Under the pieces are notes generated by a model, which saw only the letters and a program-made list of their open reading frames with translations, was not told the DNA's origin and made no database searches. DNA of 64,000 nt from Mobula hypostoma (Eukaryota), in assembly GCF_963921235.1 (NCBI RefSeq), contig NC_086098.1:155682001-155746000 (forward strand). The letters run 5' to 3'. The stretch's first letter is position 1. Every line of letters starts with the position of its first letter. Positions 50,645 through 61,934 of the stretch are shown one piece after another. A program made the translations under genes and the position numbers.

Positions 50645-51618
50645 TGTCATGGTCCGGATCGGGTTTCCCTTTCAATTTACTTTGTTTATGCTACGATCCG
50701 GACCATTGAATCCCTGTTTCCCTTTGGCTCCCTGTTTTCCCGTGTCCTTCAGGCTTGGTGATTAGAGGCAATTTACTCTTGGCTGAACCGGCAGTTTATA
50801 AGTCTTCGGCTTTCAGCCGTTCGGCACAAGAGCGTTAATGAAGTCACCGAAGGTAGTGCGAGCCAATGTCATCTGGCCGGAGCCTACTAAGTTTCTTGCC
50901 GGAGCAAGCCTAGTCTCTTCCCGAAGCAAGTGCCAGCAAGCCACCTTCCCTTGCCAGAGCGGGTCAGTCAAAGTTAACCCGCTGGGGTGAGTCAAGAGCT
51001 AGCCGCTGCTTGGAGCGTACTTGTGCCCAGTTATAGTACTGTCTATCGTTGTGTAGTCTCCGTATCCATGTACTCTGTCTAAAAGGGGCACGGCCCTGTA
51101 GCCTGGAAGGGTCCTGACCCTGTGCCAAGAATAGTCTCGACTCCGTCCTGTGTCTAAGCAGGATTCCCGGCTCAATGTTTTATGTCGTATTCTGAGTCTG
51201 TCCCGTGAATAAGCAGAGTTCCTGGCTCCGGAGGTTTTCAAGTATCAAGTCCTGGCTCTGGAGGTTTTCAGGTATAAAGCCCTGGCTCCGGAGGTTTCGA
51301 GAATCGAGTCCTGGCTCCGGAGGTTTCAGGTATCGTGTCCTGTCTTCGAGGTCCGTGTTCCGAGTCCTGGCTCCGAGGTCCATGTTCCGAGACCTGGCTC
51401 CGAGGTCCGTGTTCCGAGTCCTGGCTCCGAGGTCCGTGTTCCGAGTCCTGTCCCAGACCCTTAGTCCCAGCCTAGTCCAGGGCCCGAGTCCTTGTCCATT
51501 ATGCTATTCCCACTTCTGCTTTGCTCTCCTTGTAACGAACAATAAACTCAATTTAGTTAACCTCAAGACGTGTTTGTGTCTTGCATTTGGGTCCGCCATC
51601 AATGTCCTCCTTGTGACA
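50645..51618 (+). mobile_element. Solo LTR (974 bp) with internal minisatellite of about 26 bp
   Basis: TGTCA...TGACA termini, 5-bp TSD CCTAC/TCTAC (empty site AAACCTACGCTG in unit 2), AATAAA at 51541; repeats GAGTCCTGGCTCCGAGG.. at about 51210-51450. Confidence 0.85.
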
Positions 51619-52254
51619 TCTACGCTGCCTTGCGGCTATAGCCTCTCGTTGGGAAGGATTCGGAGTTAACTCTGAGGGAACAATCCGGGGCTGGTGTCCC
51701 TATGGCAGTCCTACATTGAGTTCAATGTTGATTGGCAACTACTGCGACGCTGCTGGTACCAAACTGTATCGGCCTCTGCTGTTCCTTTGGGTTCACCAGG
51801 TGCGCGGAAAAGGGAAGCTTGCTGCATGGGCAACAGCTTGCTCTTCAATTCGTGTGCACGGGCTTGCGTATCTGGAAAGCTAGGACACAATATCCATGGT
51901 CAACTATGACCGACCGAAGGCCTCGCCTCACCTCACTACATACTGTAGGTCTCTGTTATATCAGGGATGCACACCAGGCGGTGATTGTTGAAAACTCGCC
52001 TTTTCTGGCTTCATTGCATGGGATAGGAAGAAAGTTCCTTCGAAGCCTTAAGAAGAGCGAATACTCGTGCAGGTGATGGCGCGCGAATTGGTAGGTGTTT
52101 GGGTAGCGCTTTATGTTTGCTTAGATATCCAGGGTCATTTTGTTAAAACCCATGCAGCAGAGCGACGTCCAGTCTTCTTGTATAGTCAAGCACTTAACTG
52201 ACGACATCTGTCTATGAAACTGGTAGTTCCTGTACAACTGGTAATCCACATTAA

Positions 52255-52414
52255 NNNNNNNNNNNNNNNNNNNNNNNNNNNNNNNNNNNNNNNNNNNNNN
52301 NNNNNNNNNNNNNNNNNNNNNNNNNNNNNNNNNNNNNNNNNNNNNNNNNNNNNNNNNNNNNNNNNNNNNNNNNNNNNNNNNNNNNNNNNNNNNNNNNNNN
52401 NNNNNNNNNNNNNN
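52255..52414. other. Assembly gap (160 N)
   Basis: Run of N. Confidence 1.
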
Positions 52415-52766
52415 GCTCAGCCAATTCCAGCACCGCAAGGTCTCAGTAATTTCAATGTAGCCAGTTAATATTGTTGATAGTTTTCAGTTATAAATATTGT
52501 TTAGAGCAATAATCTCTCTGTCCTCCTTCTCTTGAAAATAACTGCCAAAGGTCATGTACGGTTACCGCAACTACCTAATGGCGATTGTTTAACAGACATT
52601 CGGCACCGTTCTGCAATGTCAGTCCATGTTTGGCACTAGTCTTCAGTGTGGGACGTAAACCTGCAACTTCCCATCGGTGTGGCCTCAGGTCAAGCGACCA
52701 AGTATTAAATGTCTGACACGCGATTTGTTATCGTTCTTTAATATGGACATTTCTTTTTCATTCCAG

Positions 52767-53078
52767 GTGGAAAATTGTGCAGCCCTTCGATTGCTTTTCT
52801 TCCACCCGCGACTGAACAAAGCACTGAAGGACAGATGGCGACTCTGGTGTGGAACAACGTTTCCCCTGGACCGGTGGAGGTGGCCTGAGAAATGGACCAT
52901 AATGTCGTGGACTGGTGTCCAGACAACCCGAGCCGTCCAGGATAGCGACCAGACCTGCACCATCAGCCGTTACCTCACGGTGACCGCCGCTGAGTGGAAC
53001 TCAGAAGAAAAGTGAACTTGTGGGGGTATACTCGAGTCTCCGCGGAAGCGAAGCATCCAGAGATCAGGCTGCGTGTAA
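52767..53078 (+). pseudogene. Orphan sigma-like IgL constant pseudo-exon, copy 3
   Basis: TTTTTCATTCCAG acceptor; SPSIAFLPPATEQSTEGQMATLV..PGPVEVA*EMD..TGVQTTRAVQDSDQTCTISRYLTVTAAEWNSEEK*TCG..KRSIQRSGCV*(TAA 53076-53078). Confidence 0.85.
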
Positions 53079-53904
53079 GGGGGAGCCGGTCGTTTGGGTT
53101 CGCGCTGTTATTTATGGTCGGGCACAGGAACATTCAACGAATATTTTCTTCCTGTTTGCAAGCGGATTTCCTACAGCCGTACTTCGAATTATGACAGAAA
53201 AGCCTTTCACTTTGTAAATGTGACCCAGAATCTTTTGTTACAAAAAAATAAAATTGTATTCTTCTGGCAACCTGTATATCTAGCGTGTCAGTGGTTGAGT
53301 ATAATCGGACGACGGGCAGCTGATGCCGTGCTCTGGTTGTATCGGTTTTAACCATAAAACTGGGAAGAGTAAAACGGCATTTTGTCCTCCTGACATGTTT
53401 AGACATTCATCAAGTTCTGCTTGATATTTGACCTCAGCGTCATGTTCCTGGCCTTTGCCTTAATATTCAAAAATGAGTGATTTTATGAACGAAGTTAATA
53501 ACGATGCCTCCAAAGGCTGGAGAATTACACCATCGATAGCACATTAAGTGCGTGTGGTTGAACGAGGAGCAGGCTGTGCCAAGGTGTCATTTCTGGGTAC
53601 TTGAAATGCCACTAAGTCGGAATTCCGACAAAAGGGCCCGATTCCTTCTCACTTCTGTTCCTAGTAGTAAATTCTCAATCTAAGACTGGAGACATGATTA
53701 TGGACTCATCATCTAGGAAAGTTTATATTTCCCTTTATACAACTCAGTTTTTTGCTACACCCCTCAAGCAATTGTGTCTCCACTGTTTTCAAGTGGTGAT
53801 CCCGGCCCAAGATACAAGGCACACTCTACAGTGTAATGCTAGGTGACGTCCTTTCGGTTCTGCTACGGGTTCTTTCTGCGTTTTATTTGCTATTCCAAAG
53901 AGAA

Positions 53905-54586
53905 GGGAGGAGAAGATGGCGGCGCGACGCAGCGCGCGCGGCCTCTCCGGTGAAAATGATATCGTATTTGTTAAATAGGTGCCGTGCACAATCCTGATTT
54001 GATGGAAACAGACGTAAGAAACACGGAGGAACATCTGGAGAAACTTCTGAAATGCCCGGTTCGCTGCCGCTGCTACAGTGCGATCGAGAATCTCCGGAGG
54101 GGAAGGCCCCAAATCCCTGCCTTTGCCTGTTGCTGGCGGTTGGGGCTGGGGTCGAAGCGCTCGGCAGAGATGGTTCTCGGTGCTCGGTGTCGGAAGGCTG
54201 ATCGGAGGCTCGAATTTTTCAGACGGACTGAGAGTCGGATTGTGGTCGGGTGCTTCCAGGATGCTGCATCGGCAAGTTTGCGGTGCTGGAAGCTCATGGC
54301 AGGGAGAGTTTTCTTTACTCTACCGTCTGCGTGAGATGTTGGGACCTTAGAGAGACTTGGAGACTTTTTTTTTACCGTGCCCATGGTCTGTTCTTCTATC
54401 AAATTACGGTATTGCTTGCATTGTTGTAACTATATGTTATAATTATGTGGTTTTTGTCAGTTTTTCAGTCTTGGTCTGTCTTGTGTTTCTCTGATATCAC
54501 ACAGGAGGAACATTGTATCATTTCTTAATGCGGGCATTACTAAATGACAATAAAAGAGGACTGCGTATCTGCATAATCTAATCTAA
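53905..54586 (+). mobile_element. Non-autonomous retroposon of about 680 bp, same family as 28470-29165
   Basis: GAAGATGGCGGCGCGACG 5' end; AATAAAAGAGGACTG..AATCTAATCT 3' end; unit-3-specific site. Confidence 0.65.
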
Positions 54587-54664
54587 ACTGTCTGGCATAC
54601 AGATAGTTCCCAAAAATCTTTCAAAGTTTGAAAATTAGCACTTTGGATTGAATTACCAATTGCA

Positions 54665-55325
54665 ATGGAATTGACTTTATTTCTTACATCTTTCACATAC
54701 ATGAGGAGTAAAATTCTTTACATAACTTGTCCGTCTAAATGTGCAATGGACAATCGTAGTAATTTACAATAATTTATAAGAAATAGAACAATCAATGTAA
54801 CATAGAAATACACTCAAATCAGCGTGAGTTAATCAGTCTGATGGTCTGGTGGAAGAAGCTGTCCTGGAACCTGCTGGTCCTGGCTTTTATGCTGTGGTAA
54901 AGTTTTCCGGATGGTTTTAGCTGGAATAGATTGTGGTTGGGGTAACTCGGGTCCCCAATGATCCGTCGATTCCTTTTTTCACACCCTAACCCTAACCCTA
55001 ACCCTAAATGTCCTGAATCATAAGAAGATCACAACTACGGATGCGCTGAGCTGTCCGCACCACTCTCGCAGAATCCTGCGATTAAGGGAGGTACAGTTCC
55101 CATACAAGGCAGTGATACAACCAGTCAGGATGTTCTCAATTCTGCCCCTGTAGAAAGTTCTCAGAATTTGGGGGCCCATACCGAACTTCTTCATGTCTGA
55201 GGTGAAAAGGGCGCTGTTTTGCAATTTCACCAGACAGCTGGTGTGTACAGACCGCGTGAGGTCCTCGGTGATGCGGATGTCAAGGAACTTAAAGCTGTTC
55301 ACCCTCTCAACCCCAGATCCACTGT
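54665..55325 (-). mobile_element. Rex1/Babar-like LINE fragments
   Basis: ORF 55018-55380 (VERVNSFKFL..ILRTFYRGRIENILTGCITALYGNC). Confidence 0.75.
54984..55007. repeat. Interstitial telomeric repeat (CCCTAA)4
   Basis: Four perfect hexamers. Confidence 0.85.
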
Positions 55326-57047
55326 ATCTTTTTACCCCCGGACTTAAAGAAGCTTGGTTTTTCATACATTTATATTCCACACTTACTTTTATATAATCAT
55401 TGCTAAGCAGTTTGATTTATCTACATTTATATTCCTGTATTACGTAGTTACTAATAAATATTATTGGTTTATAACAATACAAGACTCCAAAGTGCTTTCC
55501 ATCTCTGCTGGTTCTTTATTCCCGTCACGGGGTTTCTTGACACTCTTAACATTTTAGTTCAATGCCCTTTCATTAGAAAGTGTAAATGATTGAAGTATAG
55601 AGGATAGGGAGGGCAGAGAGAACAAAATAACTGTCCGGCATAGGATGAAGAGAAAACGAATGGCACACCTCATCAATCGCAGGTTTTAGAGTTACAGCAC
55701 AGAACAGGCCCTTCCAGTCCAACGAGCCACACCGTCGAGCAACCTACCTATTTAAAACGAGCCTAATCCCCGGAGAATTTACGATGAGGAATTAATCTAG
55801 TAACGGGAACGTCTTTGAAATATGGGAGGAAACCGAAGCACCCGGAAGAAACAGACGCGATTCACGGGAAGAACGAACAGCTTCCTACACACAGCCCCAG
55901 AAATAAAGTTCGAAATTTGTTGTCGTGTTGCGCTGACCGCTACGCTACCCAGATGCCCAAGAGACACGGGCAAGGAGAGGTGAAAGTGAATACAGGAGCT
56001 TAGATTGTGCAAAATCACGTGTATCATTGGGAAAGCCTTCGCGGATCTTCCTCAAGATGAGCATGTACCCTCATTGTGCATATATTGTCAAGACAGTGGA
56101 TCAACTGCGGTTCATTGCAAAATGCCGAACGGCATACTCGGACCAGTCAAGATGAAGCTAAACTTACGCACAGAAAATGCTAGGAATATTCAGCAGGGCA
56201 GGGAGCCCTTGTTTAAGAGAAGGTGTTACTGGCAATTTGATTCATCAGAGTATTCTGATGGCAGGTGTGGGGTCTGAAACGTAAATTCTGCTTCTTCTTC
56301 CACAGATGCTGCTTGAGCGGCTGAGTGTCCAGCATGTTCTGTTTCTGCTTTAGATTTCAAACATCTGGCGTTCATTGTCGTATGAATATGACGTGTGAAG
56401 CTACTGAAGACCTAACGCAAGATTATATGTATGCAAAATAGCAAAAAGGAAACCATCTTTTCAAGGGAATGCAGTGCTGAATGTATAAATACATCAGGAC
56501 ATTTAGAGGTTAAGAAGAAGGAGGTGCTCGGCCTCCCAATGAGTATTAAGGTAGATAGGTCCCCAGAGCCAGATGGAGGTTACCCCTGGTTATTAAAGGA
56601 GTCAGAAAACAAGATGGCTGGAGCCTTGACCAGTATCTTTGTGTAGCCACAGGCGAAGTCCCAGAGGACTGGCGAGTGATTAATGATGTACCTCTGTTCA
56701 CGAAGAGAACAAGAGAAAGTCATCAGAACTATAGACCGGAGAGCCCCACGTCAGTTGTAGGAAATTGCGGGAGAAAACGCTTGGCAATAGGATATATGAG
56801 CATCCGGAAACCCATAGCGCAACTAGCGAAAGTCAACATGGCTTTGTGTGTGGCAGGCAGTGCCGTACTACACTGATTGAGTTTTTGACAAGGTTATGCG
56901 GTTTGTGATTTATATAAATGACATGGAGACTAAGCAATGTACTTCTCAGAAGACTAAGAGAGCACTTAAGAAGGAAATTAGGATGGATGAAAGAAGACAT
57001 GAGGTTGCTCCAGTAGACAAAGCAAAGGAAATCCCCAGAGTTTCTAC

Positions 57048-59958
57048 AATCGAACCGAGGAGAACCGAACTGAGGAGACTGGGGAAGAGGCGGTTGTCTC
57101 ACAAATAGAGAAAACTTGGAGAAGTCTATGAGGCAGGATAGGCAGGTGATAAAGAAGGGACGCGCTCAGACCGACGGTTTGAGATGTGTCTATTTTAACG
57201 CAAGGATTATTGTGAACAAAGCGGATGAGTTTAGAGCGTGGATCAATTCTTGGAGCTACGATGTGGTGGCCGTTACAGAGAATTGGATGGCTCAGGACAG
57301 GAATGGTTACTTCAAGTGCGGGTTTTAGATGTTTCAGAAAGGACAGGGATGGAGGCAGAAGAGGTGGGGGCGTGGCACTGTTGATCAGAGATAGTGTCAC
57401 GGCTGCAGAAAAAAGGTGGACATCATGGAGGGATTGTCTACAGAGACACTGTGGGTGGAGGTTAGGAACAAGAAGGGGTCAATAATTTTATTGGGTGTTT
57501 TTTATAGGTCACCCAATAGTAACAGGGATATGGAGGAGCAGATAGGGAAACAGATCCTAGAAAGCTGTAAAAATTGTCGTGATGGGAGATTTTAATTTCC
57601 CAAATATCGATTGGCATCTCGCTAGAGCAAGGGGTTTAGATGGGGTATAGTTTGCTAGGTATGTTCAGGAAGGTTTCTTGACACAATATGAAGCTGGGCA
57701 GGTCTCAGATCTCTCAGTGGGAGAGCATTTTGGAGATAGTGATCATAATTCTATCTCCTTTACAATAACATTGGAGACAAGATAGGAAGAGACAAATTAG
57801 AAAAGCGTTTAATTGGAGTAAGAGGAATTATGAGGCTATCTGGCAGGAGATTGGAGGCTTAAATTGGAAACAGATGTTCTCAGGGAAAAGTACGGAAGAA
57901 ATGTGGCAAATATTCAGGGAGTTCTGCATAGGTACGTTCCAATGAGACAGGGAAGTTATGGTAGGGTACAAGAACCGTGGTGTACAAATGCTGTAATAAA
58001 TCTAGTCAAGAAGAAAAGAAAAGCTTACGAAAGGTTCAGAGTGCTAGGTAATGCTAGAGATCTGGAAGATTATAAGGCTAACAGGAAGGAGTTTAAGAAG
58101 GAAATTGGAAGAGTCAGAAGGGGCCATGAGGAGGCCTTGGCAGGCAGGATTAAGGAAAACCCCAAGGCATTCTACAAGTATGTGAAGAGCAAGAGGATAA
58201 GACGTAAAAGAATAGGACCTATCAAGTGTGACAGTGGTAAAGTGTGTATGGAACCGGAGGAAATAGCAGAGGTACTTAATGATTTCTTTACTTCAGTATT
58301 ATCTATGAGAAAGGATCTTGGTGATTGTAGTGATGATTTGCAGCAGACTGAAAAGCTTTAACATGTAGATATTAAGAAAAAGGATGTGCTGGAGCTTTTG
58401 GAAAGCATCAAGAAGATGTGCTGGAGCTTTGGAAAGCATCAAGTTGGATAAGTAGCCGGGACCGGATGAGATGTATTCCAGGCTACTGTGGGAGCGAGGG
58501 AGGAGATTGCTGAGCCTCTGGCGATGGTCTTTGCAACAGCAATGAGGACGGGAGAGGTTCCGGAGGATTGGAGGGTTGCAGATGTTGTTCCGTTATTCAA
58601 GAAAGAGAGTAGACATAGCCCAGGAAATTATAGACCAGTGAGTTTCACCACAGTGGTTGGTAAGTTGATGGAGTAGATCCTGAGAGGCAGGATTTATGAA
58701 CATTTGGAGAGGTATAATATGATTAGAAGTAGACAGCATGGCTTTGTCAAGGGCAGGTCGTGCCTTACGAGCCTGATTGAATTTTCTGAGGATGTGACTG
58801 AACACATTGATGAAGGAAGAGCAGTAGATGTAGTATATATGGATTTCAGAAAGGCATTAATAAGGTACGCCATGCCAGGCATATTGAGAAAGTAAGGAGG
58901 CATGGGATCCAAGGAGACATTGATTTGTGGATCCAGAACTAACTTGCACACAAAAGGCAAACAGTGGTGTTAGACTGGTCATATTCTGCGTGGAAGTCGG
59001 TCACCAATACAGTGCCTCGGGGATCTGTTCTGGGACTCTGACTCTTCGTGATTTTTATAAGTGACCTGGATGAGAAAGTGGAGGGATGGGTTAGTAAGAC
59101 TGCTGATGACACAAAGGTTGGAGGTGTTGTGGATAGTGTGGAGCGCTGTCAGAAGTTGCAGCGGGACATTGATAGGATGCAAAACTGGGCTGAGAAGTGG
59201 CAGATGGAGTTCAACCCTGATAAATGTGAAATGGTTCATTTTGGCAGGTCAAATATGATGGCAGAATATAGTATTATTGGTAAGACGCTTGACAGTGTGG
59301 AGGATCAGAGGGATCTTGGGGTCCGAGTCCATAGGACGCACAAAGCAGCTGCGCAAGTTGACTCTGTGGTTAAGAAGGCGTACAGTGTATTGGCATTCAT
59401 CAATCGTGGAACTGAATTTAGGAGCCGTGAGGTAATGTTGCAGCTATATAGACCCTGGTCAGACCCCACTTGGAGGACTGTGCTCAGTTCTGGTCGCCTC
59501 ACTACAGGAAGGATGTGAAAGCCATAGAAAAGGCACAGAGGAGATTTACAAGGATGTTGCCTGGATTGGAGAGCACACCTGATCAGAATAGGTTGAGTGA
59601 ACTCGGCCCTTTCTCCTTGGAGCGAAGGAGGATGAGAGGCTAAGATGTATAAGATGTTGAGCGGCATTGATCATGTGGATAGTCAGAGGCATTTTCCCAG
59701 AGCTGAAATAGGTCCCACAAGAGGACACAGGTTTCAGGTGCTGGGGAGTAGGTGCTGCGTAGAGGAGATGTCTGGGGTAAGTTTTTTACTCAGAGAGTGC
59801 TGAATGCGTGGAATCGGCTGCCGGAAATGGTGGTGGAGGCGGATACGATAGGGGCTTTTAAGAGACTTTTAGAGAGGTACATGGAGCTTATAGGTAAGCC
59901 CTGTAATTTCTAAGGTAGGGGCATGTTCGGCACAACTCTGTGAACCCAAGGACCTGTA
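57048..59958 (+). mobile_element. Long degraded CR1 LINE (endonuclease plus RT)
   Basis: CVYFNAR.IVNK..DVVAVTENW; KENPKAFYKYVKSK; GRSCLTSLIEF; ADDTKVGG; 3' tail near 59955. Confidence 0.9.
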
Positions 59959-60194
59959 TTGTGCTGTAAGGTTTCTATGTATATTACGAGTAAAAGGATA
60001 ACAAATGACTAATTGGTGCTGTTTCCGATCAGAGTGGCCATGAAGCCGAAAGAGCTTGGGGAGATCACAAAAGGATTTTTTAGTATCTGTATTTACTCGG
60101 TAGACGGACACAGAACAAGGCAGAACAGCAGTGTGTTCATTGACGTAAGAGGAGGAAGTGCTTACTGTTTTGAGGCAGCTTAGGATGGCCATTT

Positions 60195-61461
60195 CATAGA
60201 AACATAGAAAATAGGTGCAGGAGTAGGCCATTCGGCCCTTCGAGCCTGCACCGACATTTATTATTATCATGGCTGATCATCCAACTCAGAACCCTGCACC
60301 AGCCTTCCATCCATACCCCCTGATCCCCGTAGCCACAAAGGACATATCTAACTCCCTCTTAAATATAGCCAATGAACCGGCCTCAACTGTTTCCTGTGGC
60401 AGAGAATTCCACAGATTCACCACTCTCTGTGTGAAGAAGTTTTTCCTAATCTCAGTCCTAAAAGGCTTCCCCTTTATCCTCAAACTGTGACCCCTCGTTC
60501 TGGACTTCCCCAACATCGGGAACAATCTTCCTGCATCTAGCCTGTCCAATCCCTTTAGGATTTTATACGTTTCAATCAGATCCCCCCTCAATCTTCTAAA
60601 TTCCAACGAGTACAAGCCTAGTTCATCCAGTCTTTCTTCATATGAAAGTCCTGCCATCCCAGGAATCAATCTGGTGAACCTTCTTTGTACTCCCTCTATG
60701 GCAAGGATGACTTTCCTCAGATTAGGGGACCAAAACTGCACACAATACTCCAGGTATGGTCTCACCAAGGCCTTGTACAACTGCAGTAGTACCTCCCTGC
60801 TCCTGTACTCGAATCCTCTTGCTATAAATGCCAACATACCATTCGCCTTTTTCACCGCCTGCTGTACCTGCATGCCCACTTTCAATGACTGGTGTATAAT
60901 GACACCCAGGTCTCGTTGCACCTCCCCTTTTCCTAATCGGCCACCATTCAGATAATAAGCTGTTTTCCTATTTTTGCCACCAAAGTGGATAACTTCACAT
61001 TTATCCACATTAAATTGCATCTGCCATGAATTTACCCACTCACCCAACCTATCCAAGTCACCCTGCATTCTCTTAGCATCCTCCTCACAGCTAACACTGC
61101 CGCCCAGCTTCGTGTCATCCGCAAACTTGGAGATGCTGCATTTAATTCCCTCATCCAAGTTATCAATATATATTGTAAACAACTGGGGTCCCAACACTGA
61201 GCCTTGCCGTACCCCACTAGTCACTGCCTGCCATTTTGAAAATGTCCCGTTTATTCCCACTCTTTGCTTCCTGTCTGCTAACCAATTCTCTATCCACATC
61301 AATACCTTACCCCCAATACCGTGTGCTTTAAGTTTGCACACTAATCTCCTGTGTGGGACCTTGTCAAAAGCCTTTTGAAAATCCAAATATACCACGTCCA
61401 CTGGTTCTCCCCTATCCACTCTACTAGTTACATCCTCAAAAAATTCTATGAGATTCGTCAG
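60195..61461 (-). mobile_element. Young 5'-truncated CR1 LINE with an uninterrupted frame of about 390 aa
   Basis: ORF 60286-61494 (YLDFQKAFDKVPH, FADDTKLGG, LYKALVRPYLEYC); (CATAGAAA) tail at 60195. Confidence 0.93.
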
Positions 61462-61555
61462 ACGAAGGGTCTCGGCCTGAAACGTCGGCTGCACCGCTTC
61501 CTAGAGATGCTGCCTGGCCTGCTGCGTTCACCAGCAACTTTGATGTGTGTTGACT
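61462..61555 (+). mobile_element. PLE tail fragment abutting the CR1 5' end
   Basis: GACGAAGGGTCTCGGCCTGAAACGTCGG..CAACTTTGATGTGTGTTG. Confidence 0.75.
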
Positions 61556-61934
61556 AATTAGGAATAGTCAACATGGATTTTTGCGTGGTTGATCATGACC
61601 AATCTTATAGAGTTTTTTTTCAGAATGTTATCAAGAAGGTTGATGAAGGAAAGGCAGTGGATATTGCCAACATACACTACAGCAAAGCCGACGACTGGGC
61701 TCCTTATGGGAGGTTGTCATGAAGGTTAAGTAGTTTGGCATTCACTATAATGTGGTAATCTGGATTAGATATTGGCTTCGTTGTAACAGCCATAGGGTGC
61801 TAGTAGATTTTCGCCTCTCTGAGTGGAGGCCTGTGACCTGTAGTGTACCTCAAGGATGTTTGTTATGTCCGCTGTTGTTTGTCATCTATATCAATGATCC
61901 GAACGATGGAAGATGGAGAACATGGTGGCACAAA

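Larger units (their letters stand above)
1325..61930. repeat. Tandem segmental duplication: three paralogous units of about 21-23 kb
   Basis: Collinear landmarks recur (leader ATG at 1973, 25392, 46843; pseudo-C at 12188, 33136, 52767; shared SINEs and CR1 relics), with unit-specific younger insertions. Confidence 0.92.

Noticed and set aside
51205-51669. Regular repeats resembling a CRISPR array, and a 154-aa repetitive ORF
   Set aside because: No unique spacers; a minisatellite inside a TSD-flanked solo LTR in a vertebrate genome.
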